Origin: Tubiluchus corallicola
Lineage: Eukaryota > Animalia > Priapulida
Direction of reading: 5' to 3'
NCBI GenBank assembly: GCA_030141605.1
Contig: JAQGDQ010000181.1
Location: forward strand, 335,124 to 399,123
Length of the DNA stretch: 64,000 nt
Below, in pieces: positions 28,901 through 41,000 of the stretch. The stretch's first letter is position 1; every line of letters starts with the position of its first letter. A program made the position numbers and the translations under genes. The notes below the pieces were generated by a model that saw only the letters and a list, made by a program, of their open reading frames with translations, was not told the DNA's origin and ran no database searches.

Positions 28901-29393
28901 TCGAGAGCTTTATGTAATAGGAAGAGGAGACTCCTGGGGTAGTGTGATCCATTGCAGTCTTCTTACTTTGATTTGTTTACTCCAAGGATTCTTCTTCGTC
29001 ACATCATACAGATCATCGTTGCCATTTTATACTTCAACGATTTTTACAGAGACATGTTTGAAAGGCTTTAATTTATTTCTGTTTTTTTTAAGTTTTATTG
29101 TCCGTAGCTCATCTGTATAAAAATTGCATAAAAATGCATCATTGTATAAAAATACAAGTTCAACTAAAGTTGAAAGGGCCCGGACTTTGGTTTCAACATT
29201 TCTAAATTTACTGACGCTTGTGCTAAATGATACATGAATCGTATTATGATTTTACAGAGATCACATGGACAGTACCAGTGATAACCGTTCGACTGTAGCT
29301 GAAACACTAGTGAAGTACGCACGGGGCGAAGGCTCTGCAGATAACATAAGCGTAGTTGTTGTTTTCTTCAATCGTGCATCAAAGAAATCATAG
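14000..29393 (+). CDS. PPM1E/F: PP2C/PPM-family Ser/Thr phosphatase, PPM1E/PPM1F (POPX/FEM-2) type, 402 aa
   Basis: Exons 14000-14184, 16258-16376, 23150-23349, 25612-25800, 26923-27066, 27747-27982, 29258-29393 (1209 nt, all GT-AG, phases consistent). Motifs: [78 protein letters not shown] and the N-terminal extension point to the PPM1E/F clade. Confidence 0.95.
18574..19968 (-). mobile_element. Degraded TIR element, possibly Mutator-like
   Basis: Inverted repeat GTGTATGATACAGGCAATGTG (~18576) / CACATTGCCTGTATCATATACAC (~19946-19968); subterminal ATGCCTAG-like repeats; internal broken minus-strand coding-like segment with a SWIM-like remnant ([10 protein letters not shown]) and a CxxC (YKCHFC). 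No TSD found. Confidence 0.5.
20571..20641. repeat. Short tandem duplication (39-bp period)
   Basis: TGCATTTGTCTGTTGCAAAATCTGTAAATAA occurs twice. Confidence 0.85.
23570..23694. mobile_element. Fragment related to the Tigger MITE at 5958-6466
   Basis: AGTTATTTGAGTCAATTACCGATAGTTTTTATGTA matches 6356-6390, and the fragment ends in a degenerate TIR (TGAGTCTAATACACGGGGCCTATTG) followed by TA. Confidence 0.55.
24005..24547. mobile_element. Kolobok-like non-autonomous element, family B
   Basis: TTAA at 24001-24004 and 24548-24551; TIRs AGGAAGGCCGGACGATTGT / ACAATCATCCAGTTTTCCT. Confidence 0.7.
24977..25381. mobile_element. hAT-like MITE (degenerate)
   Basis: TIRs TAGGAGTGAGCAT / ATGCTCACTCCCTA with many subterminal TTCGAA/CGAAT motifs; an 8-bp TSD is not recognisable. 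Confidence 0.5.
27125..27460. mobile_element. Helentron/HINE-like non-autonomous repeat fragment
   Basis: GTCT-type microsatellite start, two internal repeats (GAAGCT...ACCAAACTTGG.ACA.GG...AAGGTCA) and AAGGTCAAGGTCA motifs, an architecture known from invertebrate non-autonomous Helentrons. Confidence 0.4.
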
Positions 29394-29927
29394 AAAATGC
29401 TAAAACTTGTTACTAACATATTTGTACAACCAACCGGATTCATTTGTGGAACTCAGTGAAGAGAGAAGTTTAACGTGGGTGATGCCTGAGAGTGCTCTTA
29501 CGTATGTCACTTAGTGATGACTAATCATGCTATATACCAGGTTGGGGAGTGCTGCAATGATGGAACAAAATGTCGGCGCATTGCCACTCTTCACGTTTCC
29601 GGTTTAAATCGTTTAGAGCAGGAAAGACAAAAATAAAATCGATTTTCTCATCTTTTATTTTTAATTTGTTAATTTTAAATGATTTTTTTTTGCAAAAACC
29701 TCTGTGCTCTAATATAAAGTATAGGGGGGTATTTTGTTTGTTTACCCTTGCATTTAACTGCAGTATGGTATCAAAGCAACCATGGAATCGTCAAAGCCAC
29801 ACCCACTGTCAGCATTGAGCCAGGAGTCATCATGAAGGAACCACGCCAGGATTCGGATTTCAGCTGCTTTTCGTCTTCCTGCAAATCTATTTTAAAACAG
29901 TTTGATTATACCAAATTATATTTAATA

Positions 29928-30353
29928 CAGGGGTGTGCAAATTATCTGACTAGCCGGGCCACATAAAAAATTCCCGCTATTCCTGTGGGCCACATGCAGT
30001 TTGGTCAAGGAGCCAAGTACAGTAGGACCTAGTAACGATTTTCTTTGCATCCGATTTGCGCACATCATTACTACTACACTCAAGAAACTATTTTAGAAGT
30101 TATTAAAATTTATATTAAAAACTATATATTTCGTCATGTCCGACAGTGACATTAAGTGACAACGGTCTTGTAAGGGTTAATGCCATCCGATCTAGAAGAA
30201 AAAACTACCCGCACTATCTTTGTGATATTGGCGCAGACTTCAGCTGGATTGCGTGGGCCGCACTTTCATTACGTTGACAAACCTCTTCGCGGGCCGCACA
30301 AGATCTCTCAGTGGGCCGCAAGTGGCCAGCGGGCCGCAGTTTGCACACCCCTG
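29928..30353. mobile_element. hAT (Charlie-like) MITE, 426 bp
   Basis: Perfect 14-bp TIR CAGGGGTGTGCAAA / TTTGCACACCCCTG; perfect 8-bp TSD ATTTAATA (29920-29927 and 30354-30361); GGGCCGCA subterminal repeats. Confidence 0.92.
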
Positions 30354-33300
30354 ATTTAATAGTGTATGATGGATCATTCATATTCCTCACTTCTGCATTA
30401 ATTTCAGCAATCAGAAGTAGATGCAGAAAAAATCTCACATACTACTGTACATATCTGCGATTGGTGATATCCTTTCGTATCGAAACTCTCACTGAGCTTC
30501 ACTTTTGAGTCCGTTGTCCGTTTTTTTTCTTTAATTGTTTGTTTTAGATAAAAGTATTGCATTGTTTGTTGTTTATTTTCTTGTGTGTGTAAATATCAAG
30601 TAATTAACGACTAGCAATGTGGCGCCATTGTTTCTTCGGACGTCATTGTCATTTTATCGTCATTCGCTTAACATGCCACTCCCCTGTCGTTGAGAGTTTT
30701 TGTAAGTTTGCGTACCTAAATTGTTTGACAGTTCTGGTAATATATAACTGTCATTCATCTTACTGACTCGAGAGCAGATATAGGTCTATCCAATTTTTCG
30801 CAAAAAGCTCACTTGAACAATGACATTTCACAATGCATCTCTGCATGCATGCCGTTATGGTTGAATCAGTGAGCAAACTGTCCACAAGAACAAGAACAAC
30901 AGTGCAGAGAAGTACTAGACTATGTCATTCTGGGATATAAAAATATTTTCCGTAGTTTTTTGTTGAAAAGGTTTTATACTGAACAAGTTTATTGGTGTGT
31001 TATAATTAGCATACAACTTCATGTGTTGCTATAGAGTTGTAAGAGACGCTTTAGCCGTTCAAATAAATACAGAAATTTCTATGTGTAAGAAGAGAATTAT
31101 AACAACAGCAATTTAAATAACTAGATGCCTCCCCATTTAAATTTTGAAAGAGCATTTCTTCATCATGAAGAGACTTGCATGCACTCCAGGTATCTTTCTT
31201 AACAGAGGTGTCTGCTTTTGAAATGCCTTAAGTTCACCTGCACAATGTTCTAAAGATAAGAGTTATATTTATACAAGTATCTCCTAATTTCTTATTTGTC
31301 TAATTGTTGGCCAGTGGTGTAGCAGGGTGTTGACTGCACTGTTTGGTAGCTAAATTGGCCTCCCACTTCCTTATATGTAACACGTCTTCGATTGCTACAA
31401 ACAGGCGTATATGAAACATCTATATTTTACTTATTGATTCAAAATTCAGCCATTTGTGAAAAGAATCGCCATAAAAAATTACTTCAAATGGCAAGAAAGT
31501 AATAAAATTATGGTATTGACCGCACTGCGCAGTTTACACATCCCACGCTATGCCACTGTTGCTGCGCTTGTGCTAGATTATCATGTGAAACCAGTGCACA
31601 AGTTACTTACTAGTCATAGATGTTCACACAATGCTTAAATATAGGTATATTAAAATAGTTATTAATTTTTGTCCAATTTTGTAGAAAAAGATAGGAGTTA
31701 CAATTTAAGGTGTTTTTTGTAATTATGATCAGGTATCATGCTAGCAGTAAGCATTGCCTAAACTTGCTTGCTCAGATAACTTCTCTTTGCAATTTCATAG
31801 GTGTTTTGATACCCTTGTATCTGCATCTAGCATACTTCTATAGTTTCATACTTGTAGTGTAAAAATCATCATGCTTCCCATTTGCTTCAGGCGTAAGTAT
31901 GTAAGTGGCTGAAGCAAGTGAAATTTTGGAAAAGTACAGAACGTGTCAAGCGTCTGACTTTGGTAGATGTTAAAAGCCGTTTCTTAAAGCGTAAGAGTGC
32001 CCAAACTCCCTGCCAGTATGCTGATTAAGTCCGAATTTGGTTTAGATTTTGTTTTAACTTGGTAAGCAGGAGAAAATGCCAGTCACTATCATGTCTTTGA
32101 AATCTGCAGTGTGACTCTGCAGCAGCTTTATACAATTTTGCAACTAAATTGTTATTATTGCATACAGTATGCGGAATTAGAATATTCACATCTCTTTAAT
32201 ATGCACATGATTTCGCTTTTAACTTAAAAATCAAACTTCTAATCTACCTCTTTACACCTGTGTTTGTGCCCTTTACACAACTCTCTGTAACTATGATAGT
32301 GTTACCTTAACATTACTGTGCACAGAAATAAAGTTACTCTTTTTGCCCCATCAGAAATGTTTATTATGGTGAAGTTTTAATACAATAGTGCATATTTCGG
32401 ACATGCTGCTTCGGTTAGCCCAGAAGTGGCGGTTAACCAATTTTTCAGGTCAGCAGTTTGCACATTAATTTACCTTGAAACATTTTGAAACTTAATCACA
32501 ATGTTACAATTGTTGCAAGTTATATTTGTGCTGTTAACATAGCTTTCTTTAAAAACGTGCATTTTTACATGTAATATTCCACTTCTAGACATAACAGTTT
32601 CCAGGGTGATTAACTTTCATCTTCAATGCAGACTATATTGTTTGCATTTTAGTACTACAAAACAGTATTAATTTATTTCTGTCCATTCAGGACTAATATT
32701 TGGGAAAGTTTGATGACTTTTTAAGAAAATTTTGTATTTATAGGTACAAGCTAAGAGATAGTCTTTCACGATAGTTGTATATTGGTTTCTTTGTAGAGTA
32801 CTTATTTAATACGTGTGCAGTGATAAATTGTAATCGATTTACTAAGATTCTTAGGTTTTCAGTTGCTAGAACACGCATTATCTCAAGTAGTTATGAGTGT
32901 GTGAATTTGATTTTATTACAATTATTCAGGTGTTACCCACCAGACTTGACTTACTAAGTTACCCAAAGGATGTAACAATGTCATCATTAGCATGAAGGTT
33001 TTGTCTCATATTGTCAGCACATTGGACATTGATGAGGTTTTAAGAAAACTTAAGAAAAATATTCTCTTTGTTTTCAATAGATTTGGCATCCATTATTGAC
33101 AATATCAATAAAACAAATATTATAGACGAAAAGATAGATGTACTATGTAATCAAAATTTTGCTTATTATTTTTATTAACTAACAGAAAATTCGTAGCCCA
33201 TTACGGCTTGGTTCTTAGAATGGGCTGTGAAATTTCTGTTAAATAGCAAAAATGAAAGGCAGAATTTTGATTTGTACATCCACATTTTCCGTCTGTAATC

Positions 33301-34019
33301 ATTGTTTTATTAAAATTTCTTTGCTTTCAATTTTTGTCAGAATTTGTTTAAAAGTTTTTGCATTTTTCTTTCGTACTTAATTTTGAATAATTGGATAATA
33401 GAAATGTTACTAGCGCGAAATCAGACGGTTACAGCAAACTCATTTATTTCTTGCATTTCTGCTTATTGCATTCACTAAAAGTTTACTGGTAAATGCTGCA
33501 ATCGTGTCAGTACTTGTTGTACCAATTTTTGCTACGTTTAACTATTATTTGAAATTGTTTAACATGCTTCGCTAACAAAATTTAAATGTGACTTGATGTA
33601 TTTTTGATATGTTGCATTATTGTATTAAAGTATTGTTATTGTTGTATTACTAAGATAATTTATAAGTCCCTTCAGACTTATTTTAAATAAGTTACATTTT
33701 TTTAAAATCGTACATGTAGTAATACTGCAGTAAGTATCAGGGTTTCAATTGTTCAGAAGTTCATATGTTAGGATTAATTCTACTAATAAGCAAAATTGTA
33801 CTGTAGATATTTTAGACGTTAGGGAATATTATAAGCAATGCATTTAAGACTAAGACACTGTAATAATTATCATTTTGCACTGTTGATCTCTGAATGGATT
33901 AGCATGACAATGATGTCTTTGAAGATGAACAGTTAAGAACAATCATGTCTCACGCATTGTACAGTTTGTCAAATGCATTGTTCAGTTATTGTTGTCAAGT
34001 GATTGTAAAACGTCTATAG

Positions 34020-34058
34020 AATAAATATAAATTTTTTTAACACATTAAGCTCTTTATT
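34020..34058. terminator. Candidate convergent polyadenylation signals
   Basis: AATAAA on + at 34020-34025 and on - at 34058-34053, where the + strand changes from T-rich to A-rich. Confidence 0.4.
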
Positions 34059-35053
34059 GTGCATCCGTATTTCATAATCGTTGGAGAAACGTATCTACAA
34101 GAAGTGGCACTGGGTAACAATGATGGGAAAATAGTATGGCTTCTGGATACAATTGAATAAATACATCTCTCTCCCCCCCCCCCCATTTGAATCATAACAA
34201 CAAGAAAACTAATAAACCATCAAAAGATTCCTAAAAACTAGTAGTGATTACCTACACGAGCAAGTAATATTCTTGGTAAATTCACTAATATAATTGGTAA
34301 CATCTCATCTGAAGTCCGTTCGCAACTAAAAACTGCCATACATTATACGCTTTAATGTGCACTAAAATGCAGGACCTATATACACGGATTTACAAGAAAT
34401 GGTACTAAACCTACTGGGTTACATCTATTGAAAAATAGAAAGTGTAACTTCTGGTTAATTTACATTTAGCTGACTAATGAAATATATCTTATGGTAACAA
34501 TAATTAGGACAAAATTAATAAATTAGTAAAGAAATTAATACATGTGCTAACATCTCTTCTAAATTCATTGGCAACTAAAATCAGCAGTACATAATTATAC
34601 TTTTAAATAGGAACAAAATTTTCCATTCAACTGAAACATAAAACAACATTACAGCAAAATAGTCCCAATAATTCCATAATGTAAGAAAGAAACTTGTCAG
34701 GTACATACTATTCACTTTTGTCAAAGTACAACTGAATTGACAATATGTCATACACACTGAGCTCTCAGTTGATTATTCTTTTTTACTTTTTTTGAGTAAG
34801 ACAAAGAATGCTTAAATTGGCTAAAGTTTTCACTTGTTTAATCACAATCATGCACATGATACAGTCCTAATTAACATTATGTTCACATAATATGTAAATT
34901 TTCCTGATTTGAGTTAGTAGTAGGAGCAACTACAACAGAATGGTGTGTGTTACATGACTTACATCCACTTGAATAAATATTTTACAACATAATGTATGAT
35001 ATTCTTTCTGTTTAACACTGTCTACAACAAAGCGCTGATGCTGCTGACACCGA

Positions 35054-38000
35054 CTATTTCCTTACTTGCTTGACCTCATCAGTGTTATCTAAAAAATAAA
35101 AAAACATAGTCATTAGTTAAGCAGGTAATAGATGACACAAAAAAGTGAACAACGAAACATAGTAAAATGCAATACAAAACGACGCGAATCATCGCCAAAA
35201 ATAACATTACTTAATAACAAAATAAAAATTTGGCGAAAGAACAACAAAACAAAAATAGTTTAGGTTGCTACAAATAAACTTGATAAAAATAATTTTCTAA
35301 TAGAAACAGTTTGACAATCATAAACATAGCTCTTACTAATGAAGAAACAGGAAGTCAAAGACTAACAAAAGCGCAACTATTATACTCTAAATGTATTTCA
35401 TTTAGTGAGGGTTTGAATTGGACGGATTTTCGCATAAAATAAATAGTGCAATCTACTAAAACATTGCACAGAAAAGTTTATAAATGTAAAAATTCAGCCC
35501 TACACAAAAGATTATTTTACTAGTTATACTAATCGAAATTCAAGTAAAAGACAACTGAACACAAAATAAAACCAGAAGAGAACTGGTTTAGAAAAGGCTT
35601 AACACAAGAAAGTCTCTAGTTGCATTAAAATGAGTTTACATTTTACCAGTATTATGTGTAACCATACAGATAGGGACTGCTTATTTTAAGGAACAAACAC
35701 AGTAGCTATTATAACCATGCATCAGGCAGATGACTGTATTTTTGCAGGAAACAGTGTTATTTTTTAAAATAAACCATAACAATATCTGAGCACAAAGTCA
35801 TTCATACACCTGGTGTGAACAGGTGCCTTCTACCTGAAGTGACATGAACTTTAATGAAGCAGGTAACAGTTGCCCTAGAAGATGCGGCTACCAATGTGTT
35901 CGTATCATCTGCAAAATTACAGCCTTGTCAAAAAAGTATTCATTTTCATGCTCAAACATCAATCCAATATACCTGAATTTCTAGTCCTGCTAGCACTTCG
36001 CTCATGGTGTACATTTCTGTTCTGTTCTGGTGAACTTTCAATGTCTGGTTTCAGTGTATTACCAGTGGAAACAACTTCCAGACCAGCAGCATGATCACCG
36101 ATGTTCATTGATAGTTTTTTCAATATCAATGTTGGCAAAATGTTGGTTCTTGATGCCAACAGCGACAATTTATCCTTACTATCAACCATCTTTCTTTTAT
36201 TGTCCACAATTGCAGTTTTTCTTTTCCTAGCCCAAGCAGGTGATTGTTCTTCACAAATTATATGTCGTTCTTCGTTACTTATATGTACACTTTCACCTTG
36301 CGATTCTGCTGCTTTGTCTTTACTGTCAACCATCTTCCTTCTGTTATCCACAGTCACAGTTTTTCTTTTCCTAGCCCAAGCAGGTGATTGTTCTTCACTA
36401 ATTATATGTTGTTCATCGTTACTTGTATGTACACTTTCACTTTGTAGATCTGCCACTTTATCCCTACAGTCAGCCATCTTTCTTTTATTATTCACAGTTG
36501 CAGTTTTTCTCCTCCTAGCCCTAGCAGATGATTGTTCTTCACCACTTGTACATTGTTCTACGTTAGTTGTATGTACACCTTCACACTGCAGTTCTGCTGC
36601 TTTGTCCCTATGGTCAGCCATCTTTCTTCTGTTATCCATAGTCGCAGTTTTTCTTTTCCTAGATCCAGCAGGTGATTGTTCTTCACCATTTATATGTACG
36701 CTTTCTCTTTGCGGTTCTGCTGCTTTGTCTTTAATGTCAGCCATCTTTCTTCTGTTATCCACAGTCGCAGATTTTCTTTTCCTAGCCCTAGCAGGTGATT
36801 GTTCTTCGTTACTTGTACATACGCTTTCTCTTTGCGGTTCTGCTGCTTTGTCTTTAGAGTCAGCCATCTTTCTTCTGTTATCCACAGTCGCAGATTTTCT
36901 TTTCCTAGCCCTAGCAGGTGATTGTTCTTCGTTACTTGTACATACACTTTCTCTTTGCGGTTCCGCTGCTTTGTCTTTAGAGTCAGCCATCTTTCTTCTG
37001 TTATCCACAGTCGCAGATTTTCTTTTCCTAGCCCTAGCAGGTGATTGTTCTTCGTTACTTGTACATACACCTTTACTTTGTGGTTCTGCTGCTTTGTCCC
37101 TATAGTCAGCCATCTTTCTTCTATTATTCGCAGATGGAGTTTTTCTTTTCCTAGACCTAGCAGGTGATTGTTCTTCATCACTGGTAAGTACATTTTCACT
37201 TTGCAATTTTGATGCTTTGTCTTTACTGTCAGCTATTTTTCTTCTATTATTCACAGTCACAGTTTTCCTTTTCCTAGCCCTAGCAGGTGATTGTTCTTCG
37301 TTACTTGTACATACGCTTTCTCTTTGCGGTTCTGCTGCTTTGTCTTTAATGTCAGCCATCTTTCTTCTGTGATCCACAGTCGCAGTTTTTCTTTTCCTAG
37401 CCCTAGCAGGTAATTGTTCTTCTTTACTTGTACATACGCTTTCTCTTTGTGGTTCTGCTGCTTTGTCTTTAGAGTCAGCCATCTTTATTCTGTTATCCAC
37501 AGTCGCACATTTTCTTTTCCTAGCCCTAGCAGGTGATTGTTCTTCGTTACTTGTACGTACACTTTCTCTTTGCGGTTCCGCTGCTTTGTCTTTAGAGTCA
37601 GCCATCTTTCTTCTGTGATCCACAGTCGCAGTTTTTCTTTTCCTAGACCTAGCAGGTGATTGTTCTTCGTTACTTGTACATACACCTTTACTTTGTGGTT
37701 CTGCTGCTTTGTCCCTATAGTCAGCCATCTTTCTTCTATTATTCGCAGATGGAGTTTTCCTTTTCCTAGACCTAGCAGGTGGTTGTTTTTCACTACTTGT
37801 ATGTTGTTCTTCGTTACTTGTAGGCAAACCTTCACTTTGCAGTTCGTCTTTACTGTCAGCCATCTTTTGTCTATTATTCACAGTTGCAGTTTTTTTCCTA
37901 ACAGGTGATTGTTCTTCGTTACTTGTATGTACACTTTCAATTTGCAGTTCTGTTTCTGTTATAAAGGACACACTCCCCGTTTTCCTTGCAACATCACTTT

Positions 38001-41000
38001 TTGTTGATTCTGCTGTAAGTATATTTGTTGTTTGAGAAGTTTTTTGTTCCTTCACTTTTAGGCATTCAGGAAAAAGTCTTTTTCTAATTGCACTACGCTG
38101 TGCATTGGCACTGTGATCGATAACATCAGGAAATATGGTTTTATGGCATTGACTGGAAGGTGACAGCTGACGTCCAGGGGATATAACAAAGCTCTCGTGA
38201 TCGTTCACAGGGACGTCAATTGTGGACAGTGACGTGTGAAATGAGACGTCCGTATTTGCTTCACATTCTTTGATACACCTTGCTGAACTCGCATGACTAG
38301 AAGAAATGCTGCTAATAAGTGACTGTGAGGGTGACTGCATAAGTCTCTCGCCAGGTGCAACAGCATTCTCAGCTTCAAAGCGCTTTCGATGTTTACTAAA
38401 TGCAAGTTTAATAAGTTCACACTTTCGCAACCGTGGTAAAGGAACTGTTGCATTTCCTAACGGTTTGCAGAGGAACTGGGAGCTGCTCAAGGATGAGGTT
38501 AACAACGACTCATTACTTGCAGTGTTAAAAAGTTCCGACTTCCTTAGATTGTCATTATCTATGTTATTAGTGACAAGTGAAAAACGTGTTCTGTTCATAA
38601 TTTCATCATGAAGTTCAATTTCTACTGGCTCTGTGGTTAGGATCCCTGCTTCTCTTTCAATGTGGCTTTGACCAGGATCAAGGTTTGCATGAAACTCACG
38701 TGTTCCACTTGTCATTTCAACATAAGGTACAGTAATACTATCAGGCACAATATCTGTTGACTCGGGCACTATCGCATCTGAATTGTGAACATGGTTTACA
38801 TGTGAAATCTCTAATCTTGTTTCAGAATGAAGCATTTCGTCATTTTCGGGAATGACAATAGGTGACGCAGGTTCCTGAATTTCCTCGTGGTTGACTGTTT
38901 GTGCTGTGACGGATGATTCTTGATTGAAAAAGTGGTGAGCTTTTGAACTTCCAGCTTTAGGTCTCGTTTCATTATTAGGATCAGATATAAATGGTAATGT
39001 ATCATTATCAGTCATACTACTGAATGATTCACCATCAGTTCGTTCAACGACTGTTGTCTTAGCCAAGCTCAGAGAAAGGTTTTTTGCTTCCTCATCAGAT
39101 GTTATTTCTTCCTCATCGCTTATGTGTTCACCATCATTTAAATTTTTCTGCAAGCCGACTTTCTTTGCTATGAAAGGAATTTTTACCTTCAATATATTGC
39201 CTGTTCTTACCTTTCTGGATTTTTGCACTTTTCTATTTGAAAATTCACCTGACTTTTCCAAAGTGTTCAGATCCCCGTTACCCGACTTACTTGAGCGAGT
39301 TCTGACACGTCCTGAACATTTTAAACACTCTTGTTCGCTTGAAGAACTTTGCACTGGTGATATTGACACGACTTTTGCATGAATTTCCGGTACATCATTG
39401 TTGCCCATCCTTTTCTTTTTCTGCAATGAATCCCTTTGTTGCTTGGGATCAGATGCACTTTCTTTAGGATAATTGTCATTTTTAGATATCACCAACACAG
39501 TATTAACCTGTTCCAGAATTACTTCATTATCTACGTTTTTTAATTTTTCTTTCATAGTTGATGGTGACATATGACTAGTGGCGTTAAGTAAAGTTTGTGC
39601 AGATATAAATGGAGATGTTGTTACGGTTTTGTTCTCGTTGTCATTATCTAACAATGCAGCAGTATCTGCGGCAGGCGATGTTAACACGGATTTGTTAACA
39701 GTATCCGTGACTGATTCACTTGTAATTAGTGGAGTGAATGCTTCAACAGCAGATGAAGGTGATATCGTTTCAGTTGTAGTAACTGACAAAGGCGGTATAA
39801 CTTCATCAATGGCAACGGCCGAGGCTTGTGTTAAATTCATTTCAGGACTGGACAATGAATGTGCAGATATTATTGGTGCAGATTCAACACTTCCAGTTGA
39901 TGTTTTTTCGGATATGGTTAGTATAGATTCATTAGCTACAATTACAGCAGATACAGATTTTGCAGAAGCTCCCCTGCTCTTTCTCGATAATGAACGAGTT
40001 TGCCTTCTCAAAACATCAGTGTTCAAGGATAGGTTGTTTTCCTCTGGTTTTTTAGTCTCCACAACAGCACTATCAGAGTTCACGGTTACTTCTGACACAC
40101 TGTCACTTACAATTGCCGCACCATTTGCAGTTGGTTCAAGTATTTCATTAATATCAGGCTTCTCTTTAGCTAACACAGTAAAAGAAGCATCATCTTTGCT
40201 TTCCTTATTTTCTACTAGCTGCTTCAAAAGTTTCTCATGATTTTCGGATTTTCTCATTATGTTACTGTCTTGCGACTGTTTCAGTATGAATTGATCATCA
40301 CTGTCAAAGCCAATCAGTTCAGCATCTTGTAAAAGACTTCCTGATGTGCAAGCATACCTCAAGTTGGGTATTTCAATATCCTCGGTAATATCATGTGTAC
40401 GTCTAACTCTATTGAGAAAACTTGTTGATCCCCTAAATAAATCTAGACTGCCAAGCTCAAACCATCCTCGAAAGTGATTGCTTTCCTCATTTATGGTTTC
40501 CTCCGTCACTTCCTGGGAAGGTCCTGCAGATCGTAAACCACTGGAAAGCTCAGTAGCTGGATTGTGCGACTTAGAAGTACCAGAAGAACGGAGGTTACAA
40601 TGTCCTTTGACTCCAGACTTCAGTGACACCTTCGATTCCCTATTCAATGTATTTATATCATTTACCTTATTCCACGCTTCTTCACCTTTTTCTGCAGAAT
40701 CCTCCACACTTTTCTCTTTGGTTTCTTTAGATGTTTCACCTTCGTGTTTCGTCTTTTTGCTAAGGTTTAGAACTTTAGCATTACCTGCATCAGTCTGTCT
40801 CTTGGAATAATTGATACCAGCATTTTGCTCAGATAAGTGAATGTCATCAATAAGTTCACTTGTTCCACTTTCAAGTGATGCAAACATCTCGTCGTACTTA
40901 ATTGCTAGAGATTTGCTACGTTCTGTTTCTGTGTGAGAATCATCAAATCTCTCCTCATCTCCAGGCTCAGGTGTACCTACTTCAAAAATCTCTTCTTGTG

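Noticed and set aside
36101-37105. 334-aa hydrophobic + strand ORF and alternative-frame ORFs in the repeat array
   Set aside because: Antisense or out-of-frame shadows of the 123-bp coding repeat; broken by stops in neighbouring units.
36180-37935. CRISPR-like array
   Set aside because: Whole units repeat with no unique spacers, the period is a multiple of three within an ORF, the context is eukaryotic and there are no cas genes.
38306-40810. + strand ORFs of 86-220 aa
   Set aside because: Antisense shadows of the giant exon.
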